A stretch of DNA of 64,000 nt from Azolla caroliniana. Its lineage: Eukaryota > Plantae > Polypodiophyta. Every line of letters begins with the position of its first letter. Position 1 is the stretch's first letter. Under the pieces are notes generated by a model. It was not told the DNA's origin. It did no database searches and worked only from the letters and a program-made list of their open reading frames with translations. A program made the position numbers and the translations under genes. Positions 48,353-61,628 of this stretch are shown here, in pieces. Where the stretch lies: assembly GCA_043228905.1 (NCBI GenBank), contig JBHGNT010000017.1, positions 11,842,001 to 11,906,000 of the forward strand. The letters run 5' to 3'.

Positions 48353-48654
48353 TGTTGAGAATCAAGCTCAACTTGGTCTAGTGTGTGAACTCACCTTGAG
48401 AGTGAATAGACACTCCAACGGTCAAGAGTCACCATTAAGTCACCACTTTGTATTCTAGCATTTAGTATGAGTCATAGAATCATATTCTACGACACATAAC
48501 TTATGACCTTTCACATTCCCCATGCTTCATGAGTCATGTAGTTAATGAAGAGAGAGCGTGACTATATAAAGCACCCTCCTCCCTCCTTGTATATGTTGAG
48601 TCTTTCTCCTTTGTCAATATACTTTTACCTTGCGTATTCTCTGTGTTTCACTCA

Positions 48655-48706
<52 letters not shown>

Positions 48707-50623
48707 CACACACAGTTCACCCCTATTCCGCTTTACAAGAATCATCTCTTAATTCTTTTCATGGTATCAGAGTGATTTGGTAGCTCGATCTAGCCCATTT
48801 GCCTCATCGTGATCGTGTGTTGTGCTCTACGCTGACGACCAAGAACCGGCTCATAGTTATCGTAGCTTCGCTACATAGCTCGCATTCGAAGAGAGAAGAA
48901 GAAGAAGAAGAATCGACATAATGAATACTCAAATGGGGAGCGTTCTCCCTACCGAGAAGTTGGATCGAAACAACTTTGCATCTTGGGAGTACAAGATGCA
49001 CCAATACCTTGTCGGACAAGGCTATTGGAGCTACATCAAAGGAGCGCATGAAGACCGACCCGCCGACGCGGCTCCCGGATACGCAACATGGGAGCAAGCC
49101 GCAAACTGCGTGATGTATTTTTTGGCGACATGTGTTCACGATCACATGCTCATTTACATTCGAGAAGCCAAGACGCCGAAGGAAGCGTGGGAAAATCTAC
49201 GAAAGATTTTCACTGCGAACACAACCACGAGGAAGCTTCAACTCCGCCAAGAGTTGAACAACATTCAACAAAGGGACATGTCCATCACGACATACACCTT
49301 GAACATCAAGGAGCTTTGCGACTCGCTCGGCTCAATAAGCGTAAGTATAGATGATGATGAGATGGTGCAAATATGCCTCGGCGGCCTCGCACCACGGTTC
49401 GGCGCTATGCGAACCGCCGTTCTAGCACGGGAGAAATCTCCCTCCTTCTTCAAGCTCCAATCAATGCTATTGGTCGAAGAAAACCACATGCGTACAAGGA
49501 GCAATAAGCCGGAAGGCCACATGCTCTACACACACTCTAATGGAGGAAGAGGACGCGGACGAGCGACAGGCCAATTCGGCCAAGGACAAGGCGGATGAGG
49601 TCCGACCTACGACAACAACTCCCAATTTCGGCCGCAAAATGGAGGCCAACGAGGAACCTTCGCAAGAAGGGGGAGCTTCCACTCCAGCCCGAGCCGTCCA
49701 AATGCAACCGAATGCGTATATTGCGGAAAGCTCGGCCACCACAAAGAAGAGTGCCGAAAGAAGATGCGTGAATCGGCTTCCACAAGCCGACAACTCACGA
49801 ATTACGCACACAACTCCGACTACGAAGATCGTGGCGGAATGTATGCACACAACTCCGACCGTGGCGAAATGTACGGGCACAACTCCGACTACGAAGATCG
49901 TGGCAGAATGTATGCGCACAACTCCGACTGTGGCGGAATGTTCATGATGAAACATAGAGCAAACTCTATGTCGGCCACTACCTCAACTAGTGCCTCCGGT
50001 CCGGAAGATGTATGGTTCGTCGATTCCAGTGCCTCGAACCATATGACATCGCATCAAGAATGGTTCCGAGAACTTCGAGAGCCAGACCAACCCGGCTATG
50101 TCGAAACCGGAGACGACACTACGCACCCGATTCGGCACAATGGCAATGTTCCATTCGGAAAAGAAGGTAAGCAAAATTACATTAAAAATGTCTTGCATGT
50201 ACCTACCATTACGAAGAATTTGGTCTCTGTCAGCCAAATTGTACAGCAAGGGATGCAAGTTCGATTTAATCAAGGCGGTTGCTTCATCAAAAAAGAGGGC
50301 CGACTCATTGCATGCAGACAAAGAGAGGGCCGGATGTTTATTCTCGATTCACACGAGATGAAATCCACCATGTTCGCGAAAAACACGAAAGCCGACTCCG
50401 ACATAGAGCTATGGCACAAGCAAATCAGCCACATCAATCTCAATAAACTCAAAGCAATGAAATCGAAAGGAGTCGTCATCGGACTCCCGACATTCAAAGA
50501 GAAGGAGATTGAAGGTGTATGCGAAGCGTGCCAATTCGGCAAGCAACACCGACACCCATTCCCGAAAGAGTGGAACGTGAGCACCTATTCCGCTTCACAA
50601 GAATCATCTCTTGATTCTTTTCA
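48353..50623 (+). mobile_element. Copia K, deleted (5' LTR 48353-48761, gag, PR, GAG-pre-integrase, about 42 bp of 3' LTR), nested in the L LTR
   Basis: Perfect 5-bp TSD TAGGC (48348-48352 and 50624-50628). PBS 48762-48772, gag ORF 48921-49598, PR WFVDSSASNHMT. Confidence 0.9.
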
Positions 50624-50792
50624 TAGGCATATTTATGTCCTTCCATTATGGACTTGTATAAATAGTGCTCAGGGAGCACATTTGTATGTACAGAGTTTAC
50701 AGAGTGTATTTTTTAAATTAGTTTTATGTGTTCTGCTCTCTCTCTTTGTCTCTCACGCATACTCTCTCTGTGTTTCAAGCTTTCCATTAAAC

Positions 50793-50830
<38 letters not shown>

Positions 50831-51062
50831 CACACACCGTTCACACCTATTCCGCTTCACAAGAATCATCTCTTGATTCTTTTCATAGGCATATTTATGT
50901 CCTTCCATTATGGACTTGTATAAATAGTGCTCAGAGAGCACATTTGTATGTACAGAGTTTACAGAGTGTATTTTTTAAATTAGTTTTATGTGTTCTGCTC
51001 TCTCTCTTTGTCTCTCACGCATACTCTCTCTGTGTTTCAAGCTTTCCATTAAACCTCATTCT
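50582..51062. repeat. Tandem duplication (about 262-bp period) of K LTR end, TSD and part of the L LTR
   Basis: TTTTCA-TAGGC-ATATTTATGTCC occurs at 50618 and 50880; the junction lies in a (CT)n tract. Confidence 0.85.
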
Positions 51063-53499
51063 GTTTTCTGTTACTATCCAGTAGAACCGGTTGTGTCTAC
51101 AAGCTTTTGCACGTTATTTTTACATGGTATCAGAGTGCGAGGGTTAGAACATCCTCTGTTATGGACAAGATTTGTAACACTGACAAACTTTAATATCCAA
51201 TAAGAACAGACTGAAGAGAAAATGGATAGAAGCATGGCAAGCTCGCTTCCGACGGAGAAGCTCGACAGCAACAACTATGCATCTTGGTCCTACAAGATGC
51301 ACCAATACCTGCTAGGGAACGAATACTGGAGTTATGTCAAATGAGCAAACGAGGTAGCACCGGAACCGGCACACAAGGATTTCTCGGTATGGGAACAAGC
51401 AACAAGCAGAGTGGTGTACTGTCTCACGTCTTGTGTGCATGCCTAGATGCTTGGCTACATCAGAGAAGCCTGGGAAAATCTCAAGAAGATTTTTGTTGCA
51501 AGTACCATAACACAAAAGTTGCAGCTCCAACAAGAGCTCAACATTTTCCGACAAAGGGACATGTCGGTCACTGACTACACCACGAAGATAAAGGGGATCT
51601 GTGATGCACTAGGGTCCATCAACATGATGGTGGATGAAGACGAGATGGTGCAGATCTACCTCAGTGGTTTAACACAGAGGTATGGGTCAACCCGGACAGC
51701 GATATGCACACAAGAGAAGCCACCATCCTTCTTCAACTTGCAATCGATGTTGATGGTCTGAGAAAACCATGTGAGTGGGTCAAGGAACACTCAATCCAAT
51801 AGCCGGATGTTGTACATGGAGGTGGATCGGCCCCGTGGACATGGCAGACAAGGTGGATCGGCACGCAGTAGTGGCGGCCAACAAGAATAGGAAAGGAGGC
51901 ACAGAGGTGGTGTTGACAGCAGTTCCAAACCCTAGACGAGTAGGGGGAGTCAAGGTGATGCCGAAAACCGGCAAGCAAAGTCTGACACGAAATGCTGGTA
52001 TTGTGACAAGATGGGCCATGAGGAGAGCGAGTGCTAGAAAAAGCATGCCGATTTGGACAAATCCGGATATGGCAAAGCCCAACACGGAAATTGGCAAAAA
52101 TCGCACTACATTGAAGGATCTGAAGGATCTGGAACCGGAAAAACCATAATGGGGCCAACCTTCGTGATGAAACACGAGGCAAACTTGATGAAGAATACCA
52201 CCTCACAATCAAATGAAGTGTGATACATTGACTCCGGAGCGTCAAATCATATGACGAGCCATGAGGAATGGTTCTCGTATCTAAAGAAATTGGAGCAACC
52301 AAGAGTAGTCGAAACCGGAGACGACAGTCCACACCCGATCGAACATGTTGGAGAAGTTCCCCTCAGCCATATCAGACAAAAAGGGAAACTTATGAACAGG
52401 CTGCACATCCCAATAATAACAAAGAACGTGGTGGCGGTCGGCCATATTGTTGACCAAGGAATGCAGGTTTGATTTACACATCTCGTGTGCTTCATTGAGG
52501 AAGAGGGCCAAATCATCACACAAGGGCGTAGGGACGAGAAAATATTCATCCTCAACACCAATGACGTTAGCACCACTTTGTTCGCAAAAGGACAGAAAGT
52601 CCGAGTCGGATATCGATATGTGGCAGAAGTGAATCAGCCACATAAACTATCAAAGGCTTCAAGGTTTGCAATTGAAACAAGTGGTATTCGGATTGCCGAA
52701 ATTTAGTGGCCGGAAGGCCCAAATTTGAGAAGTCTGCCACCTTGGGAAGTAACACTGACTTCCATTCCCCAAATGCATGGGGACCAGCATAGAATGTAAG
52801 TCTTGGAGGGAGTCGATATTTTGTCTCCTTCAACGATGACTATAGAATGTGCAAACATGGATCTACCTCATCGAAAAGAAGAGTGAAGTCTTCGATTATT
52901 TTTCATAACCATCAGAGTTTAGTCGAACGAGAAATGGAGAGGAAGATAAAGTGCATGCAGTCGGATGGCGGAAAAGAATACATTTCCAGCCAATCCAATA
53001 GTTATTTGTAGTAAAAGGGAATTCGGAGAGAATTCAGCTGCAGATATATGCCGGAGAAAAACAATGTAGGCGAGCGGAAGAACCAATCAATTGTGGAGAC
53101 GACAAAGGCGATGTTGGACGAGAAGAGCATGCTCAAGTTCTACTGGGCCGAAGCGGTCCGAACGGCAGTCTACATCCAAAATCAGATCGGGGAGAAGGTG
53201 TCAGCACACGAGCTGTATTTCGGGTGGAAACCGAACTTACAATACCTCAAGGTATTCAGTAGCATAGCCTATGTGCATGTGCCTGATGAGAAGAGGCGGA
53301 AGTTGGACCCAAACTCAGAGAAGTGTATTTTAGTCAGGGTATAACTACTATAACACCTAGACAAAAGAAGTTTGAGTGAGCCGAGATGTCAAATTCGATG
53401 AGTCAGCATCACGGTACTCTCTACTGACTCCGACCCCCGACAACTCTAACCACCTGATTAATGGGTACGAGGCCAGTGAACCTGACATGATTCGGAAGG

Positions 53500-54372
53500 A
53501 GGTTTGGTTTTGCTTGTCGACAAAGCAGTCGGTGCACTTCTCAAGTTGCATGTCTTTCACCTCCGGAATGAGGTTATACTCGACAAGTTTACGCATCCCT
53601 TTCTGACTCATATGGCACAACCTCTTGTGCGACAGCTCATCGGCATTGTTGAATGCCATGTTCACTTCTTCCCGGCAAATCTAGGCATGCATCAAGTACA
53701 GTGTTTTGATCTTTCAGGCTCGGGCCATGACCAGGCTTCCTTTGCTAAACTTCATGACTTTGTTCCAGATGCTACCCATGTAGCCTTCATCATCTAGCCG
53801 ACCGGCTAATATCAGGTTCAACCAAACCTCAAGAATGTGTTGGACATACTTCAGCAACAACTTGCACCCCATTGATGTCGTCAACCACACATCTCCTATG
53901 CCGGCAATTCTGCATGCACCTTCATTTCCCATGCGGACAGAACCATGATCTCTGGCTCTGTATGATGAGAAGCATTTCCGGTCAAGGGTCAGGTGGAATG
54001 ACACTCCGGAGTCGACCACCCATGTCGTTTTGTCGCTGACAAGGTGAAGCTCACTATCTTCGATGATAAGCAGCAGTTCTTCCTCACTTCCTCCCAGTTC
54101 TTCTGATGAACTTCTTCATCTAGCAAGCTTGATTTTACCCTGGCTAGGGATAGGTGTTCACCTTCCAGCCCGGCGTTGCCCAAAGTAACAGCTAGCATCT
54201 CCCAACTATCCAGGAGGGAACCGAGCAGCAACAACGTGAGTACCTCATCGGCTAGAGGTACTTCCAACAAGGTTGTCTGATTTATGAACCCCTGGAATGC
54301 ATGCATGTGCTCCGTCATGTTGGATCCGTCTTGGTATTGGACTCTCACTAACTTTCGGAATACCGAAACCTG
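53500..54372 (-). mobile_element. Copia M fragment (gag, PR, GAG-pre-integrase) related to the E/F family
   Basis: QYQDGSNMTEHMHAFQG...EVPLADEVL and WVVDSGVSFHLT. Confidence 0.8.
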
Positions 54373-57366
54373 TCATATTTTTTGTGTCTTGCATTTTTTC
54401 CGCTCTATGCATTAGATTCAGATTTACTACCTGAGCTTCCAGATCGTCCAGTACATTCTATTGATGTGGAACGTTGTTGTCCAACATTGTTTCCATCTCT
54501 ATGGCAATCTCTTCCATTTTCAGATTCACCTCTGTCTTCATTTTCATTGTCTTCATCAGTTTCTACATTTTGTTTTGGGTTGTACCAACTGCCCAACTCA
54601 TCAAATATTACATCACAACTTACCACAATCTTTTTTGTCAAAGGGTTATAGCATCTATACCCTTTTTGCTCCTCTGAATATCCAACAAGAACACATTTTT
54701 TCAGCTTTTGGATCAAGCTTACTTCTTACTTTAGCAGGTACATGGACATAAGCAAGGCATCCAAACACTTTTCAGTGTCCTAAACTCGGGTCTCTGCCAT
54801 AGAAACATTCTTCAAGAGTTACTTCATGTACTCCAGATGTTATACATCTATTTAGAATAAAGTTTGTTGTGTTTACAGCTTCTACCCACTAGTACAATGA
54901 CATATTTGTTTTTGTCTTTAAAGCTCTTGCTATGTTCACCAAAGTTCAGTTTTTCCTCTCAACAACTCCATTTTGTTGTGGAGTATATCTACATGTAAAC
55001 TTTCTCCTTATTCCTTGATTGCATAGAAAATCAGAAAATTCATTTGAGAAGTACTCTCCTCCTCCATCAGATCTTAAGCATTTTATTCTAGTTCCAGCCT
55101 GCTTTTCTACCATACATTTAAAACTTACAAAATCAATCAAATAGTTGACTTTTCTCTTTCATGAAATAAACCCATGTTTTCCTTGAGCATCATCAATAAA
55201 TGTTACATAAAACTTACATCCTCTAATTGATGCATTTTTTGTTGGTTCCCCTACATCTGTATGTACCAAATCCAACAAATTTTTGCTTACATGTCTTTCA
55301 TGAGGGAAAGGCAACCTGTTTTGCTTTCCATATTGGCATGCTTCACATATTTTGCTCATCTCACAATCTTTCAACTTAGGCAGTCCAGCTACAGCATTTT
55401 TCCTCAACATATTTTTCAAGGTTTGCATACTTATGTGACCGATTCTTTTATGCCACATTTTCACATCTGAGATTACACTCATTCCTTCTGCAAACATGGT
55501 TGTAATCTTTTTAGGCATATCCACATCTAACACAAACATCCTTCCTTGTCGCTTTCCTTTTGCAATAAGCTTTCCTTGTTTCTCTATAAAGCATCCACTT
55601 TGCTTAAACTTAACTTGCATTCCTTGCTCTACTATCTGTCCAACAAAATTCAGATTTTTTGCAAGGTTTGGAACATGCATCACATTCAACATATACTTTG
55701 TTTTTCCTTTTTCTTCCCACAATGGGATATCTCTAACATGCTCGATTGTATGAGTAGTGTTATCACCTGTTTATACATAACCAGGAATCTCTAGTTCTCT
55801 TAGACTTTCAAACCAATTTGCATGTCCAGTCATATGATTAGATGCCCTAGAATCTACATACCACATAAAATTTTCATTACATCTTTGTGAACATTCAGCC
55901 ATTGCTGTTGTTTCATGTTGCATCACAAATGCACCATCTTTATCACAGTCTTCACTAGTTGAAGCATAATTATTTTGCTGTCTCTTCCCTCTTTTTTTAT
56001 CGTTTTTCTTTTTATAGCATTCACTCTGTGTATGGCCTGGTTTTACACAATACCAACAGCCATCATCATTCAAATAAGTTTGCTTACCTCTGCCTCGATT
56101 GCTCCCCCTGCCTCTGATGTTGTTTCTTCCACTTGTAGCTTGTTGTCCTCTTCCTTGATAATTTTTGTTAGTTCTAGCTAAACCAAATCTTCCATGGTCA
56201 CTTCCTCAGCCTCTTTTAGCACTATTATAGAGGGGTTGCCCCTCAGTCTCAGAGTTTCCTTTGTTTACATCATCCATCTGATTTCTTTCTTCCACTACAA
56301 GCATTGAAACTAGATCTGGAAAACTTAGGATGCTATCCCTTGTGAGAATAGATGTTTTGAAGCTTTTATATTGAAGTCCTAAGCCTCTTTAGCATATTTC
56401 CACCTTCACATTAATAGAAGCAAGTGATTCACATATGCTCTTTATTTTTAGAGCATACTCATTAACTGACATCTTACCTTTCTCAAAGGTATTTAGCTCA
56501 GTCTTCAACTGAAGCTTTCTAGCCTTTGTGTTTATTGCAAACAGTTTTACCAAACTATCCCAACCTTCTTTTGGAAGCAAATCATCTTGTATGTGTCCAA
56601 GCATCGAATCTCAGATGCTAAGTGACAGCCAATGCAATACTTTCCTTGCCCCTTGATTCCATTCCTTAAATGCTTTAATCTGTGCAACAGTTGCATTTCC
56701 TTCAGGGATCTCTAGAGCCTCTTGTAGGTCTCCTTCAATGTCATCCCAATATCCTTTTCCCATCAGGAAATTTGTCATTCTGAATTTCCACGCAAGGAAA
56801 TTGTTTTTGTCCAACTTTTCTATGACTATTTGGTTTCCATTCTCAGCAGCCATTCTCTCTTTCAATTAGGGCTTTTGCTATGATTAACTTCACAGACAAC
56901 TCTCTTATTCAAATCAGCAACCAGAACCAAACTTCTCAGATCTGTACTGCTCTAATCTTCTTTACGAACAACTCTTCTCTAATACCATGTTACAAAGGCG
57001 CTCCAGCTCTTCTTTGTGCACAACGGATCGTGATGTGTTGGATCGTTTAGTGCTCAAGACAGAAAGGGAAGGGGGAAGGAGACTTACCTCTATGTACCAA
57101 ACCAAAAAGCTTCCTCTATTTGATTACACGTAGAGCTCAACTCGCTCTCGTCAATTTTCTGTTCTCTTACAACTACTCTCTCTTCTCTACCTCTTACTTT
57201 TTTACCTAAGTATATAAGTGACTTACATATGCAACTAATTAGTTGTGACTAGCTAAATAGTTATGCATAGCTAAATAGTTGTAGATGGCTAAATAGTTGT
57301 TTCACCTTTATGTCCACTAGTAGCAAATTTCCTAATAACTACTATAGAATATCTTACTTCTCAATA
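54373..57366 (-). mobile_element. Copia N, AT-rich and 3'-truncated (LTR from 56988, PBS about 56977-56987, gag, PR, INT)
   Basis: EKLDKNNFLAWKFRM, CWYCVKPGHTQSEC, WYVDSRASNHMT, LRSDGGGEY...TPQQNGVVERKN. The outer LTR end is uncertain. Confidence 0.8.
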
Positions 57367-60100
57367 CGCATCACATACCTTTGTTGAGCTTGTTTCTCAG
57401 CATGAACCACTCTCTATGTGGGGTCACATGGAATGAAGCCCCAGAGTCCAACAGCCTGTATGAGTAAGCAAGTGATCCATATTCACCTTAACATACTGTG
57501 AAAGTGTTTTTAGAATTCAAGCCATTGAACGTTACAAGAATATAAGGTATGCAGCATTCACATTTGGAGGCAAAGAACACGAATCAATATCTTAAGAAGT
57601 AGTCAAAAGTAAAAGTAAGATACATAAAGAAAAGTAAGAAGAGAAAAAGCGGGCCATAAAAAACAATAAAAAAGGAATGGTCAAAACTCTTTCATTTGTA
57701 ACCCAAATATCACGTTTAAATATGGGTTAGAAAGCTTATCAAGAGATCTATCTATAGCTTTTTAAATCTCTAAAGTTGGAGCTCGGGTGAGAGAGATGTG
57801 ATGATTAGAAGGTTGTTGGGTCTTGGCTAAAATAAGGAGATAAAAAGCTTCTAAAAATAGCGTGAACGAGGAAGAAGAAGAGGAAGTGATAGTCTTGGGA
57901 GTAGGATCCTACTAGAGGAGGAGGGGTCCTAATAGAGGAGGAGGAGGCTTGGGAAGAGGTGTCTTAGTGGAAGAGGAAGGGTCTTAGTAGTGGGTTTGAG
58001 TGACTAGAAGTAAGAAGGTCTTTGGTTTTTTAGGTCAATGTGGAGTTTATCTCCTTTGTATGGTCTTGATAATTGAATATTATAACATTCTTACCCCTTT
58101 CTCATCTTCTCTATCTTTTGTGTTAATTTCTTGAGTCTCTCTCTCTAATTCATAGTTACCTTGGTCGTTATAATCTATTTTAATTCACAACTCTCTCTAA
58201 TATGCTTGGTCACACCCTCATATTGTGTACAACAATCCTTTGTCTTATACACCCTATCACATACGTAGTATCATCATCCATGACCAGAATGTCAACATCA
58301 TCATTGCATGTAGCATTTATTTCCTCTATTTTCTTTGAGGATGATGAACCAGTCACTTGCATAACATGCCCATCACCATGACTTTTACCCCTTTCCTTTT
58401 CTCTTTCTTTGTTCTTCAAGGCATAACAATCCTTTTTCATATGACCCTTCTTGTGACAGTAATGGCATTCCATAAGACTCTTTCTAGATTTGCTTCTGCT
58501 CTTATCATTTCCATGGTTGTTTCTAGTTTGGCTTCTACCACGTTGTTGGTTCTTGCCATAACCAGAATCTCGTACATTATATGCTTCTCCAACTTGTGAG
58601 GTGACCATCGATTTCCTACGAATTTCTTCACCCAATAGTGCTCCACATATGTCATTATAGACCAATTTCCCATTTGGTACACTAGCACTAATAGTGTTGC
58701 AAAATGTGTCCCACGAGCTAGGCAAAGTGCATAATAGAAATACACATTTTAGCTCATCATCCATAGTCACTTTTTGAGCTTGCAACTGAGACCATAATGC
58801 ATTAAACTCATTTAGATGAGAGGCAACACTATTGGTGTCCTTTATGCGAAGGTCATAGAGCATTCTCATCAAAAACACTTTGTTTGCAGCAGTTTCCTTC
58901 TCATATGTATTGCATAATTTTTTCCAAAGTTCTTCGGAATTTTTACTGTCTAAAACAATGAAATCGACACTATCCGCCAAGTGCAGTCTTATCGTAGACA
59001 TGGTCAAAGCGTCAATTTACTCCCAATCATCATCATCCATGTCATCCAGCTTTTTCACTTTGCCGCCTAGATGCCTCGTTTACTTTCTTTGAACCAATAC
59101 TCCACGCATCTGATTCTTCCACAAAGCAAAATTAGATCCATCAAATTTCCGGATCTCGATATGGTCTTTTCCCAAAAGGAATAGTTCTTACTTGAACTAT
59201 TGCGACCAACAGAAGTGCTACTAGATGCATCCAACATTTCGAACTCCATGGGAGTGAATGACAGTATCAAGAAACAAAATACAATTGGGCAACAAAACTA
59301 GTAATTGACTAGCTTATGGCAAACTGTCAAAAATTGAAACCAATATTGCGTGTAACACGCACCACTGAAAGCATACAACTTCCAAAATATTAGCTACAAA
59401 CTGTCAAAAAAGACTGATACCACTCTTGCATATAACACACACCAATGAAAGCATATAACTTCCAAAATATCAACAATACTGACTAGCATACATTTCCCAA
59501 ATAACAAACTGTAGGCATCTGCTTTGCTATACATTCATACTGATCCCAAATCTCTCTTCCAAATGTGGGAGGGATCTCTCCCACCACAGTTTATTTCCAC
59601 CAGAAATGTTTTGCAGATGATGAATAAACGTGAGAGTTTAATCAGGGGAAATACCTATGAATAGCAGGCTCTTTTCTTCAATGTCAAAGATGTTGTAGAT
59701 GCCCAACAGCAGGTAGATGCTTCAGTTGGGCCCAATACTCCAACGCTTGCCGCACAAATATCCTACGCCACTGCTACAAGTCTCTGACACTCGTTGCTTC
59801 CGACTCCAAAGCTTCCTATCGTTGTCTCCCTTGCTCTGATACCACTGTTACAAACCAGTAGAGCAGAGAGCCAAGAGAGAATCGTTGAGTGAGGCTGTCA
59901 CACGCTATATCATAGAGGGGTTTTACTCACACACCCTATATCTCAAAAAAGGGGGAAATAAAGTAAAAAAGGTGAAAGACAGGAGCACAAGCCATTTTGG
60001 CCTTTTTCACACTATGTACATGTCTCTATGTACATATAACATGCTAGAGAAGGATGGGCAAACATATTATTAGATATATAAAGAATTTAATAGATCAATT
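57367..60100 (-). mobile_element. Copia O 5' part (LTR from 59846, PBS 59833-59844, gag, PR remnant), with an unexplained insert at about 57530-58233
   Basis: Gag ORF 58210-59007 with CHYCHKKGHMKKDC; PR LDSGASFHVTPHREWF near 57400-57450. The outer LTR end is uncertain. Confidence 0.75.
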
Positions 60101-61628
60101 AGTTGTTGGAATGTTCTTTTGTCCAAAATACAATTATAAGAAATGCTTCATGATTTACAAAAGCATGAAGTTTGTAGTTCAACTTGCAAGATTTGAACAA
60201 TCTATAGGTAGGATAACAAAAAGAGAGACCTAATGCAAAACACCAAGGCGCCAAGTTACAACTTACTCCAAACATGCACCCCAAACAAGTAATACCCCTA
60301 GAAGAAATTTTCCACAACCACATAATAGACAACTAGGAACTAACAAAAAATAATTAAGTGCCGATACTTTAGCCTTGTATCAAGCTAAGCTATGTATTCA
60401 TATGTGGCTTCAATGACCCAATGTCATGAAATGCAACAAAAGCTAGCTCTTAACCCCTGAACAAAACAAGTTTCAAATGATCAAGGATGGACAACCCAAA
60501 TCAATCCTTAGTGCAAGAACAAGAATGACTAAGATAGACCATGATCTCAAGTTGGGAGAGGATGTATTATAATAAACAGATAGGTGAATTGAACTTGAAT
60601 TTGAATGAAGTGTTGTTTCATTATGTGGTACCAAAGGGTAGCCGTCTGTGTTTCAGAAATGAACCAAAAGAAACGGGGCACTCCCAAGTATTTCCGATGT
60701 CAGGGGCCTCGAAATTTGAGTGAAAGTCCAAATAAACAACAGGCACTATGCAACCCAAAAAACCATTAAAACCAGAAAGATATCTTTCATAATCGATCAA
60801 CCAACCAAAAAGTGCAAGATTTGCTAAATTGGTTTTTCTAATAAGCTATTTGCAAAGGTTGTGGTCAAGTGCATGCGGTCATAGAATGCCCAACAAAAAA
60901 AAAGACATGAACCTACTATACATGAACCTACTATTCAAGATACCATTAAAAGTTGACATCCAAGTCACTAAAGCATACGGACTAGTTCAAAACTTTGAAT
61001 TATGCAAGCAAAGGATGCAAACCAATATAAAACTTCAATGCAAGCAAAAAGGATCACATAAGAGTAAGCCAAACCCTATACATGAAGACAGCTCCAAGAT
61101 CAACCCATCACTTGAGTTCAAGTCATTAATTGTCTCTCATATTTTACTTTGTATGTTTCTAAATTCTTTCCGCTCATTCTCTACTAAAATAATGGCAACA
61201 GACAAGCAGCTGAAACAAACATTGGCAACAAACGAACTTCAACAATTTGCATAACTTGGAAGCAGGATAATAATTGTGTGATATAAGAATTTGAACACAT
61301 GTAATACAATCACAAAGTCAGTTTACATCTGAGGATAGTTTGAGATTCTGACACCATTTGACATTGACATTTTCATCTTTTGCAATATCCCCATGTTATA
61401 GAAGTAAGACATGCTTCTCAGAATGGAAACTGAGAAATATGGCACAAGCCGTCAATCTAAACCCTAAATTTTCTAGTATGCACAATTATGGTTTTACAAG
61501 AGTGTTGAAAAGTTGCAAAACCATGTATACAAAAGTATTTAGGGGAGCGAATAAAGTTCTAAACTGTTACCAAAAAAAAATGGAGAAAGGATATTGCTCA
61601 TTTGTGAAGTTTCATGAAATTAACAAGG

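Larger units (their letters stand above)
48195..53500 (+). mobile_element. Copia L, 3'-truncated (5' LTR 48195-51124 split by K, PBS 51125-51135, gag, PR, INT remnants)
   Basis: LTR is homologous to the H/J LTRs. Gag MASSLPTEKLDSNNYASW, PR IDSGASNHMT, INT YWAEAVRTAVYIQN. Confidence 0.85.

Noticed and set aside
60100-61628. ORFs of 128-141 aa on the plus strand downstream of OS9
   Set aside because: AT-rich 3' UTR or intergenic sequence with non-ATG starts and no motifs; one overlaps the last OS9 exon in antisense.
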